From positions 8,326-72,325 of the forward strand of contig DAORKI010000003.1 in NCBI GenBank assembly GCA_035439485.1: DNA of 64,000 nt, in the 5' to 3' direction. Origin of the DNA: Bacteroidia bacterium (GTDB taxonomy: Bacteria; Bacteroidota; Bacteroidia; UBA4408). Below, one piece after another: positions 1 to 8,059 of the stretch; position 1 is the stretch's first letter, and each line of letters starts with the position of its first letter. The notes under the pieces were generated by a model that was not told where the DNA came from, did no database searches, and saw nothing but the letters and a program-made list of their open reading frames with translations. The position numbers were made by a program, and so were the translations under genes.

Positions 1-1743
1 ACTATATGTGGTAGCATTTTGTAAATTAAAATTCCGTCCAATAACAACATTAGAAGTACCAGCGCTTAAATTAGGTGAATTTCCGGTAACAATATTTAAA
101 TCATTTAAAATTACTAAAGGTTGAGCGAGTACTGGATTGGGGCGATAAACTTCAATAACATTTGGTCCAATAGTTTGATTGGCTAAAGTTACCACAGCAG
201 CACCAGCACCTGCTTTAATAATATTCATATTATAAAATGGGGCTGTTGAACAAATATTAAAATTGGTGGCACTAGCTGGAATGGTAACATTCCAAGTTCC
301 TCCAGTAACCAATATATTTGCGGCATCATTTCCAATTAAAATTCCTCCATTTACTGCAGTGCCTGTTTCAGGAGCACTTACATTAATAGTTCCTCCCGTC
401 ATCTTAAAACTTTGTCCTGGGAATGGATGACTAAAGCGCGGAGAATCAGCGTTTGAACTGCCTGTTGTAGTTCCATCAACATTTAATATTCCACCAGTCA
501 TGGTAAAAGAACCTATATGAAAACCAACAATAGTTGAACTTCTATATTTTTCAATTGTACTCACACCACCTTCAAAAAGTATTTCACCTGCAATTCTTAT
601 AACTAAACCTTCTCGTCCAATAGAAAAATTTCCTGCACTCATTCTAAACTTCCCATACACCACAATAGCATTTGCACTACCATCTAATAACATATTTGCA
701 CCATCAATCCAAAGGCATCCTGCTTCATTTTGTGATGTGCTAACATCAAAATTTCCACCACCATTAATACGCGTAAAGCTGTTATTCTCAGTGAGTCGCA
801 TGGTACCTGCAGTAATAACCAATGCTGTACCATCTGTGAATAATTTTAAATTATTTACATTATTAGAAATTACGGAAAGTATATAAGTTTGATCAGTACC
901 TTTATTTACTTGAAGTGAATATACATCGGTTTGATTATTGCAAATAAAGTTACTGTTTTGTAAACCATTAAAAATAACATTGGCAGCACCATTCGTTGAG
1001 GCAACAAATTGTGCGCTGTTACTTAAATCTACTATTCCATTATTTGTAAAATCAATTCCAACACGAATGTTGTGTATTGCATTAAAATTCGCACACATTA
1101 AACTGCACCCTTCACCTATAGTCAAATTTTTTGAAATATTAAGATTGATAACAAATGCAGCGGAAGCTAGCAATAAGTTCATAGTACCAGCAGCTGATCT
1201 TAAAACTGTTACACTCCCATTAACAGTGTATGTTACAGCAGCAGCACTCGGAAAAATAAGTGTTTGATTTACACCAGTACTATTAGAAAAAATTAAATTA
1301 TTATATGTTGTTTGCGTGGGTAAATTGGTTCCTGCACCACCAATATCATAATATTCTATTGTTCCTCCAGTTGAAGATACAAAACTTGTAAAAGTTCCAG
1401 TAGGAAATGATACACTGCTTAAACGCAACAACCCTTCTCCTGAAACAGTACCCAAATTGTGCCCTACAGAAGTTCCTAAATCTAGTGAACCTCCACCCTG
1501 AATATTACATGACAACACTGTTCTTGCAAGAGCAGTAGTAATATTCCTACCGTTTAAGATAAAAACATTATCAGCGGCACTAGGAGTGGCCGAACCCACA
1601 AGAGTAGTTCCTGATGGGTCTGTTGTCCAAATAAAAGCAGCACCCCAATCACCACTTTGATAAGAATAGAAATTAGTGGCTTGTATTTTAAATACTACAA
1701 AGACAAGAATAAAGGTTAAGAGTAATCGTAAAAATTTATACAT
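1..1743 (-). CDS. large secreted repeat protein (N-terminal 581 codons; gene runs off the window start), Gly/Thr/Asn/Ser-rich and beta-helix-like, a probable surface adhesin or T9SS cargo
   Basis: The reverse strand has ATG at 1741-1743 followed by a signal-peptide-like MYKFLRLLLTFILVFVVF. Hand translation of the last 60 nt (..GTSNVVIGRNFNLQNATTYS) shows the frame is still open at position 1. It is absent from the ORF track only because no stop lies inside the window. The track ORF 938..1267 (+) is its antisense shadow. Confidence 0.55.
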   Translation of the reverse strand, partial: MYKFLRLLLTFILVFVVFKIQATNFYSYQSGDWGAAFIWTTDPSGTTLVGSATPSAADNVFILNGRNITTALARTVLSCNIQGGGSLDLGTSVGHNLGTVSGEGLLRLSSVSFPTGTFTSFVSSTGGTIEYYDIGGAGTNLPTQTTYNNLIFSNSTGVNQTLIFPSAAAVTYTVNGSVTVLRSAAGTMNLLLASAAFVINLNISKNLTIGEGCSLMCANFNAIHNIRVGIDFTNNGIVDLSNSAQFVASTNGAANVIFNGLQNSNFICNNQTDVYSLQVNKGTDQTYILSVISNNVNNLKLFTDGTALVITAGTMRLTENNSFTRINGGGNFDVSTSQNEAGCLWIDGANMLLDGSANAIVVYGKFRMSAGNFSIGREGLVIRIAGEILFEGGVSTIEKYRSSTIVGFHIGSFTMTGGILNVDGTTTGSSNADSPRFSHPFPGQSFKMTGGTINVSAPETGTAVNGGILIGNDAANILVTGGTWNVTIPASATNFNICSTAPFYNMNIIKAGAGAAVVTLANQTIGPNVIEVYRPNPVLAQPLVILNDLNIVTGNSPNLSAGTSNVVIGRNFNLQNATTYS

Positions 1744-1781
1744 AAAATTAAAATTATTTGAATACTAAAAATAATTAAGAT

Positions 1782-2249
1782 TTAAAAAAGTAACGGCAAA
1801 ATCATTTTAGTATATTTTATATAGTTTTTGTAATTTAGATCAACATTTCCAAAAACATATTCCTCTATGTAAACAAGTAAACCTATAACTACCATAAAAC
1901 TTAATTGCAGCATCGCAATTTTAAAATTGAAATATTCATATGTCAATGGTAGCGTTATTAATATCATTGCCAAATACATAGGATGTCTTAAAAAGCTATA
2001 AGGTCCGTGCATAATTATATAAGCACCTGGCTTAGGCAAAGGCATAAAACTGAAATATTTTTTGTTGAAACTAACAAAGGCTAATACATAAAGTACAACA
2101 CCTAACAATTGAATACCTAAACCGAAAAAATTTAAAGGGACCAATCCCCCAGCATAAAGAATCGCAAAAAATAATCCAAATTTTAGCATCACTAAAATGC
2201 TTGAAAATAATTTTAATCCAAAGCTGTTACTGTAAGTAATTGTTTGCAT
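1782..2249 (-). CDS. isoprenylcysteine carboxyl methyltransferase (ICMT/PEMT) family membrane methyltransferase
   Basis: 155 aa, multi-TM, with the C-terminal motif FLRHPMYLAMIL characteristic of the ICMT/phospholipid methyltransferase family. Confidence 0.65.
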   Translation of the reverse strand: MQTITYSNSFGLKLFSSILVMLKFGLFFAILYAGGLVPLNFFGLGIQLLGVVLYVLAFVSFNKKYFSFMPLPKPGAYIIMHGPYSFLRHPMYLAMILITLPLTYEYFNFKIAMLQLSFMVVIGLLVYIEEYVFGNVDLNYKNYIKYTKMILPLLF

Positions 2250-2527
2250 AACTTGATTGTTTTAATACATTATACCACAAATTGAATAAAATGGTTATGT
2301 TAATTTAATAGTTACACTTTATACTTTTAAACATCTAGCTTTTAATAAAGTCAATAATATAATTCCAAAAGAGGCATTTAATGCGACTTTCAAGAGAAAA
2401 CAAAAAGTAAATATTGGTAATTAATATATAAACCGACAACTGTTGACAAAAAGATGTTACCCATAAAAAAACTTATATTTAAACAGTTTTTAAAAGGTTA
2501 TCAATTAAAAAAATAAGGTATTTATCT

Positions 2528-4336
2528 TTATTTATTTTTGTCTATAAAATAAGCTACCACAAGTTGTGCCTTGCTTTTACCTAGAACGCTTTCAATTTCA
2601 CTTAAACTGCTTTGAGATATTATTTTAACAGATTTAAAATGGCTTAATAGTTTTCCAGCGCTTTGTTCACTGATGCCTTTAATATTGGTTAATTCAGTTT
2701 TAATTGTTCCTTTAGAACGCTTATTCCGATGATGAGTGATTCCGAAACGGTGAGCCTCATCTCTTATATGTTGCAATACTTTTAATGTTTCTCCTTTTTT
2801 ATCGAGATATAAAGGCAAAGAGTCACCTGGATAATAAATTTCTTCCAGCTTCTTAGCTATACCAACAATTGCCACTTTTCCGCGTAAATTTAATTTCTCT
2901 AGACTTTGTAAAGCAGCCCCTAACTGACCCTTTCCTCCATCAATTACTATTAAATCTGGAATAGGTTGTTCTTCCTCTAACAATCTTTTATATCTACGAT
3001 AAATGATTTCTTCCATAGAAGCAAAGTCATTTGGGCCTTCTACCGTTTTGATATTGAAATGCCTATAATCCTTTTTGCTAGGTTTAAGTTCTTTAAAAAC
3101 TGTCATAGCAGCAACAGGAAAAGCACCTTGAATGTTACTATTATCAAAACATTCAATATGTCGTGGCTCTAATGTCAATCGTAAATCCTTCATCATTTGA
3201 GTCAAAATTCGTTTGGTATGTCTTTCAGGGTCTACTAATTCTTGTTGCTTTTGTTTATCTCGTTTATAATACTCAACATTTTTCAAGCTTAAATCAAGTA
3301 GTTTTCTTTTATCTCCACGTTGTGGTACAATAAATTCAATTCCTTCTGCTTTTAAATCTAATTCAAAAGGCACAATAACTTCATTTGAATCACTTCCAAA
3401 TCTTCCACGCAATTCTGCAAAACCAATTAGTAATAGTTCTTCGTCACTTTCGTTTAATTTCTTTTTCAATTCAATGGTGTGTCCCTGCACCACCGAGCCA
3501 TTTACCACTTTTAAATAGTTTACATAGGCAAAATCAACATCTGATAATATAGAAACAACATCAACATTATTTATTGAAGCACTTACAATTGCCGATTTAC
3601 TTTGGTAATTTTCAAGCGAATCAATTCTCAATTTTATTTGATGAGCTTTTTCATATTCAAAATGTTCGGCATGGAGTTGCATTTTGGTTTTTAACTGTTT
3701 AATAATACCATAAATGTTTCCTTTAACAATTTGCTTTATTTCACTAATATTTTTTTCATACTCCTCATTGCTTTGCTTGCCTTCACAAGGGCCCTTACAA
3801 TTTCCAATATGATATTCTAAACATACTTTAAATTTACGTGCATTAATATTCTTATTTGATAAATTAAAGTTGCAATTGCGTAACTGATAGTTTTCTTTGA
3901 TTAAATCAAGCATGGTGTACATCATTTTTACAGATGCAAAAGGACCAAAATAATTAGAGCCATCTTTTATTATTTGTCGAGTTGGAAACACTCGAGGGAA
4001 CTCTTCATTTTTAATTACAATGCAAGGATATGTCCTGCCATCTTTTAATAATACGTTATATTTTGGTTGATATTTCTTTATTAAATTATTCTCCAGTAAC
4101 AAGGCATCAAGCTCAGTTTCAACAATAATAAATTTAATATCAGCAATATTCTTTACTAGTGCTTGCGTTTTTCTATCAAGCTGATTGTCGCGATTAAAAT
4201 AAGATGTTACTCTTTTTTTTAAAACTTTTGCCTTTCCTACATAAATAATTACCCCATTCTCATCAAAGTACTGGTAAATTCCAGGCTTATCAGGAAGGCT
4301 TTTAATAATTGCTGAAAGTTGCTCTTCTTGTAGCAT
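2528..4336 (-). CDS. uvrC: excinuclease ABC subunit C
   Basis: 602 aa. N-terminal GIY-YIG motif (GIYQYFDENGVIIYVGKAKVLKKRVTSYF), a central UvrC/RNaseH-like region and C-terminal HhH. Start ATG at 4334-4336 confirmed on the reverse strand. Confidence 0.9.
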   Translation of the reverse strand: MLQEEQLSAIIKSLPDKPGIYQYFDENGVIIYVGKAKVLKKRVTSYFNRDNQLDRKTQALVKNIADIKFIIVETELDALLLENNLIKKYQPKYNVLLKDGRTYPCIVIKNEEFPRVFPTRQIIKDGSNYFGPFASVKMMYTMLDLIKENYQLRNCNFNLSNKNINARKFKVCLEYHIGNCKGPCEGKQSNEEYEKNISEIKQIVKGNIYGIIKQLKTKMQLHAEHFEYEKAHQIKLRIDSLENYQSKSAIVSASINNVDVVSILSDVDFAYVNYLKVVNGSVVQGHTIELKKKLNESDEELLLIGFAELRGRFGSDSNEVIVPFELDLKAEGIEFIVPQRGDKRKLLDLSLKNVEYYKRDKQKQQELVDPERHTKRILTQMMKDLRLTLEPRHIECFDNSNIQGAFPVAAMTVFKELKPSKKDYRHFNIKTVEGPNDFASMEEIIYRRYKRLLEEEQPIPDLIVIDGGKGQLGAALQSLEKLNLRGKVAIVGIAKKLEEIYYPGDSLPLYLDKKGETLKVLQHIRDEAHRFGITHHRNKRSKGTIKTELTNIKGISEQSAGKLLSHFKSVKIISQSSLSEIESVLGKSKAQLVVAYFIDKNK

Positions 4337-4362
4337 GGGTTATAAGTAATAATGAAATCTAT

Positions 4363-5685
4363 TTACTCATTACTAGGCTTAGTTGGACGATTATTGTTGT
4401 TCCTATTTCGATTATTATTTCGATGTGGTTTTCTTTGTTGATTATTTGGAGTATTCACATCCTTAGTTATAGGTTTTGAATCTTCTTTTGTTTGACTATT
4501 GGTCGATGTATTTATAGGTTTTTCTATTGATCCTTTTTGTTCAGCAGAAACATTGCTCTGATTACCTTGACTTTTTTTCTTTTTCTTTTTCTTTTTCTTT
4601 TTTGTATTATCAAAACGAGTTAAACTATCCTGCCCAACAACATTTTCAAAATCAGGTAATTTTATCTTTGGAGTTTCTTTCTTAATGCTTATATCATCTG
4701 GTTTTTCACCTTTTTTGTTAAGTTCAATAATCTCGTTCACCCTTTCAACACTCAGTGGAATAAAATTACCAGGATCATCAAAGTAGGAAAACCACATTAC
4801 ACGTTTAAAAATATCTGTTTTTTGGTGAAATGCTCTTCCTTTAACTGTCTCGAGTTTAGTATTTGAATCAGGAATATCTTTTAAAGCATCCAAATAGCTA
4901 TCTAATTCGTAATTCAAACAGCATTTTAATTTGCCGCACTGCCCAGCAAGTTTAAGTGGATTTAAAGAAAGCTGTTGATATCTTGCAGCACTGGTTGAAA
5001 CACTTCTAAAATCGGTAAGCCAAGTGGAGCAGCACAATTCACGACCGCATGATCCGATTCCACCTAATCTACTGGCCTCTTGTCGTGCGCCAATTTGTTT
5101 CATTTCAATCCGAATTTTAAACTCATCGGCCATGATTTTAATCAGTTCCCTAAAATCAACCCTCTCATCAGCTGTATAATAAAAAATAGCTTTTGTTTTA
5201 TCGCCTTGATATTCTACATCCGAAATTTTCATTTGAAGTTTAAGTTTCAAGGCCAAAGTACGTGCCTTGTACATCGTAGGAATTTCAAGATCTTTGGCCA
5301 TTTGCCATTTATCAATATCAGTTTGCTTTGCTTTACGATAAACTTTCTTAATTTCAGCATGATCAAATGAAATATTTTTCTTTTTCATCTGCATTCGTAC
5401 TAATTCTCCTGATAATGAAACTACTCCAATGTCATGACCTGGTGAGGCTTCTGTGGCAACAATATCACCTTGAAATAATTCCCCTCCAGTTTCATTACTA
5501 TAAAAATCTTTCCTTCCATTTTTAAAGCGAACCTCAACCAAATTGAAAGGTTTAACGCCAGCAGGTGCTTCCATATTGGCTAACCAATCAAATACATTAA
5601 GTTTCCCACAGCCACCAGTTCCACATGAACCGTTGCTTTTACATCCTCCAGGGGTTTTATTTGTGCTACAACTTGTACAACTCAT
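4363..5685 (-). CDS. PSP1 C-terminal domain protein (YaaT/RicT homolog) with a Cys-rich N-terminus and a Lys/Asn-rich low-complexity C-terminal tail
   Basis: 440 aa. N-terminal MSCTSCSTNKTPGGCKSNGSCGTGGCG, internal SCGRELCC...GQCGKLKCC cysteine pairs typical of the PSP1 domain, and a poly-K/N/R tail. It sits immediately downstream of holB, as in Bacillus. Confidence 0.75.
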   Translation of the reverse strand: MSCTSCSTNKTPGGCKSNGSCGTGGCGKLNVFDWLANMEAPAGVKPFNLVEVRFKNGRKDFYSNETGGELFQGDIVATEASPGHDIGVVSLSGELVRMQMKKKNISFDHAEIKKVYRKAKQTDIDKWQMAKDLEIPTMYKARTLALKLKLQMKISDVEYQGDKTKAIFYYTADERVDFRELIKIMADEFKIRIEMKQIGARQEASRLGGIGSCGRELCCSTWLTDFRSVSTSAARYQQLSLNPLKLAGQCGKLKCCLNYELDSYLDALKDIPDSNTKLETVKGRAFHQKTDIFKRVMWFSYFDDPGNFIPLSVERVNEIIELNKKGEKPDDISIKKETPKIKLPDFENVVGQDSLTRFDNTKKKKKKKKKKSQGNQSNVSAEQKGSIEKPINTSTNSQTKEDSKPITKDVNTPNNQQRKPHRNNNRNRNNNNRPTKPSNE

Positions 5686-5721
5686 ATATATAATGTTAAG
5701 AAAAACGCATTAAGAGGAGCA

Positions 5722-6873
5722 TTAAGCTACCTTTTGTAATACTGTTTTCCTGTTTAGTAATGTGCTTACCCTAAAAGATAAATTTAGGAAAAGCATTTTG
5801 CCATTGGCATTTCTTTCCAAGGCATAATAAGCCTTATCAAAGGCTTGCAATAAATCATCGCAGTTACCTGCATTTACAAACTGCGAAAACTTTTTCAGCA
5901 GCTCCTTATCATTATCTGATAACTTAACCAATTGAGGCAAATTCAAATTTAACATCAATGTTTGTCGGGTTAATTGAACAGCATGTGCTAAAAAGTTTTT
6001 TTGATTTTCGCGTCCTGCACCCGACATTTTATCTACCCAAACCAATAACTTGGGCATATTTATCTTAAAACAAATTCGCATCCACTCTAAAAATTCATCA
6101 ATATCTTTTTTTAATAATTCCGCCTCTTGAGATAGCTTTAAAGCTAGATTTAAATTTCCTTCAGCTATAGCAGCAATTTGAAAAGCTTTTTCGCTATTTA
6201 CTGATAACTCTTCTATTAAAAACTGTTGAATTTCACCGTCCTCAACTGGCTTAAATCTTAAGGCTTGAGTTCTTGATTGAATTGTGGTCATCAATTGTTC
6301 TCTTGATTCAGCTACAAGTAAAAAAATAGTTTTATCAGGTGGTTCTTCTAAAATTTTAAGTAATTTATTTGCTGTAAAATGATTCATGCACTCGGGCATC
6401 CATATAAGCATTATTTTATATTCACTCTCATAGGTGGTTAAGTTCAGCTTTTTAATTATATTACTTCCTTCTTGAGTTCCTATATTTCCTTGTTTGTTTT
6501 CAATCCCCAAACTTTTTAACCAATCGTATAAGTTTAAATATGGGTTATCAAGTATTGCTTTTCTCCATTCAAATATAAAATCATCACAGCTGGGTTCCTT
6601 TTTTATTTGATTATTGGTATTAACAGGGAAAACCATGTGAAAATCGGGATGTACCAATTTTTCAAATTTAATACATGAAGAACATGTGCCACAAGAATCA
6701 TGAGTTTGTTTATTTAAACAACTTATATATTGTGAAAATGCAATTGCCATAGGTAAGCACCCTGATCCTTCAGGTCCAAAAAACAATTGTGCATGACTAA
6801 CACGGTTGTGTTTAACCTGCTGGACTAGCGCTTCCTTAATGGAATTATTTCCGGCAACTTGTTTAAATAACAT
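5722..6873 (-). CDS. holB: DNA polymerase III delta-prime subunit
   Basis: 383 aa. AAA+ clamp-loader N-terminus (AQLFFGPEGSGCLPMAIAF), a zinc module C..C..CSSC, and an SRC-like region. Confidence 0.8.
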   Translation of the reverse strand: MLFKQVAGNNSIKEALVQQVKHNRVSHAQLFFGPEGSGCLPMAIAFSQYISCLNKQTHDSCGTCSSCIKFEKLVHPDFHMVFPVNTNNQIKKEPSCDDFIFEWRKAILDNPYLNLYDWLKSLGIENKQGNIGTQEGSNIIKKLNLTTYESEYKIMLIWMPECMNHFTANKLLKILEEPPDKTIFLLVAESREQLMTTIQSRTQALRFKPVEDGEIQQFLIEELSVNSEKAFQIAAIAEGNLNLALKLSQEAELLKKDIDEFLEWMRICFKINMPKLLVWVDKMSGAGRENQKNFLAHAVQLTRQTLMLNLNLPQLVKLSDNDKELLKKFSQFVNAGNCDDLLQAFDKAYYALERNANGKMLFLNLSFRVSTLLNRKTVLQKVA

Positions 6874-6947
6874 AATACAAAATCAATATAAGGTCCAAAA
6901 AGGACCAATTATACTTAAACTATAAATAATTCAAGCAAGATTGATGA

Positions 6948-7679
6948 TTAATTAACCATCAATCTTTTTGTATCTATGATATTTCCATTAGATTTTAAAG
7001 TAACAAAGTAAATTCCACTAGGTAAATCAGCAACATTTAAATTGGTACTTTTGCTACCAGCAACTACAGGAATTATACGTTGAACTTGACCCAATAAATT
7101 TTTCAATTCTAACGAAGCTTGTCCTTGATTTAAAGCAAAATTAACGGTGACGTTATTATTAGCAGGATTAGGATAAATTGAATTTAATTTTGGAGTCGCA
7201 TTAATTTCACTGATGGAAGTTGGAGTAGCATTAAAACGAACTAATATTGAAGAAGTATCATTTAAATCAGCTACATTCTGCAAAATGTATCTTACAGTAG
7301 AAACTCCTAAATTTCCTTTTGGGGCATAATCTAGATACATGTCTAAAAATTCTCCATTGGGATTTAAAATAATATTACCCAATGATGTATCTGTTTCTGG
7401 TGAATAACAAGCTTCCCAGCAAAAATAATTAGAAGTACCAGGTATAGTATCAAGTTGTTGTCTAATCATTCTAATAGTTTTTGCCGAGGTTCCAGTATTT
7501 TTTACCGTAAAACCATGAAATGTATAGGCACTGTTTCCTTGGTAGTCAGTTATGTCAAACCAAGCATCAATACTGCCGTTGGAATAGTCTTGCCCTCCTT
7601 TAGAAATTTTAATTTCTTGGGCAAATGAACTATAAGCAGTGGTTAATGCAATAAACGTAAGTAAAAATATTTTTTTCAT
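6948..7679 (-). CDS. secreted hypothetical protein with a T9SS C-terminal sorting domain (CTD)
   Basis: 243 aa with a signal peptide MKKIFLLTFIALTTAYSSFAQ. The C-terminal about 80 aa match the Por_Secre_tail pattern (IYPNPANNNVTVNF...SGIYFVTLKSNGNIIDTKRLMV). Confidence 0.7.
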   Translation of the reverse strand: MKKIFLLTFIALTTAYSSFAQEIKISKGGQDYSNGSIDAWFDITDYQGNSAYTFHGFTVKNTGTSAKTIRMIRQQLDTIPGTSNYFCWEACYSPETDTSLGNIILNPNGEFLDMYLDYAPKGNLGVSTVRYILQNVADLNDTSSILVRFNATPTSISEINATPKLNSIYPNPANNNVTVNFALNQGQASLELKNLLGQVQRIIPVVAGSKSTNLNVADLPSGIYFVTLKSNGNIIDTKRLMVN

Positions 7680-8012
7680 ATTAATGTATATATAGATTGA
7701 TATTTATAAAACACAAATATACTATTTTAGAACAAAAAATACATCAAGAATTCTTTTTTTTATTCGAATACTCATTATTAGTGGTCGCAAAATGTTAAAT
7801 TCACATAAATTTAAATTTTGTCAATAGTGAAATAACCATTTATATCATTTTTAATATTTGATGATTTGTAACAATATGTATATCACAACAATATTGTATC
7901 TGCACATATCAAATTTGTTAATCTATTTCATTTTGTAATATTTCTTGTATTAAAAATTATCTGAATTATTTGTTGCCAACGAACCTCCATATAATAGGAT
8001 ATACATAATTTA

Positions 8013-8042
8013 TTTGCATAATTAATGACAACCAGTATATTT
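8013..8042 (+). promoter_or_regulatory. candidate Bacteroidota sigma-A promoter (-33 TTTG, 19-nt spacer, -7 TAtaTTTG) for the 8060 gene
   Basis: TTTG at 8013-8016 and TATATTTG at 8035-8042 lie 18 nt upstream of ATG 8060, inside a 380-bp AT-rich divergent intergenic region. This is a motif match only. Confidence 0.3.
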
Positions 8043-8059
8043 GTATTAAAATCAATCAT

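Noticed and set aside
938-1267. 109-aa plus-strand ORF in the track
   Set aside because: Lies entirely antisense within the long minus-strand open frame 1..1743; low-complexity shadow ORF with no motif.
4571-4602. Tandem CTTTTT repeats, considered as a CRISPR or regulatory repeat
   Set aside because: A short hexanucleotide microsatellite inside a coding region (encodes the poly-Lys tail); no spacer/repeat architecture. No CRISPR array anywhere in the window.
5080-5370. 96-aa plus-strand ORF inside the PSP1/YaaT gene
   Set aside because: Antisense to a well-supported conserved gene; Phe/Ile-rich translation typical of shadow frames in AT-rich DNA.
6937-6966. 10-bp palindrome AAGATTGATG...CATCAATCTT overlapping the stop of the 6948..7679 gene, considered as a terminator
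   Set aside because: Symmetric hairpin, but no convincing U-tract on the minus-strand transcript side and it sits only 75 nt from the holB start; too weak to call.
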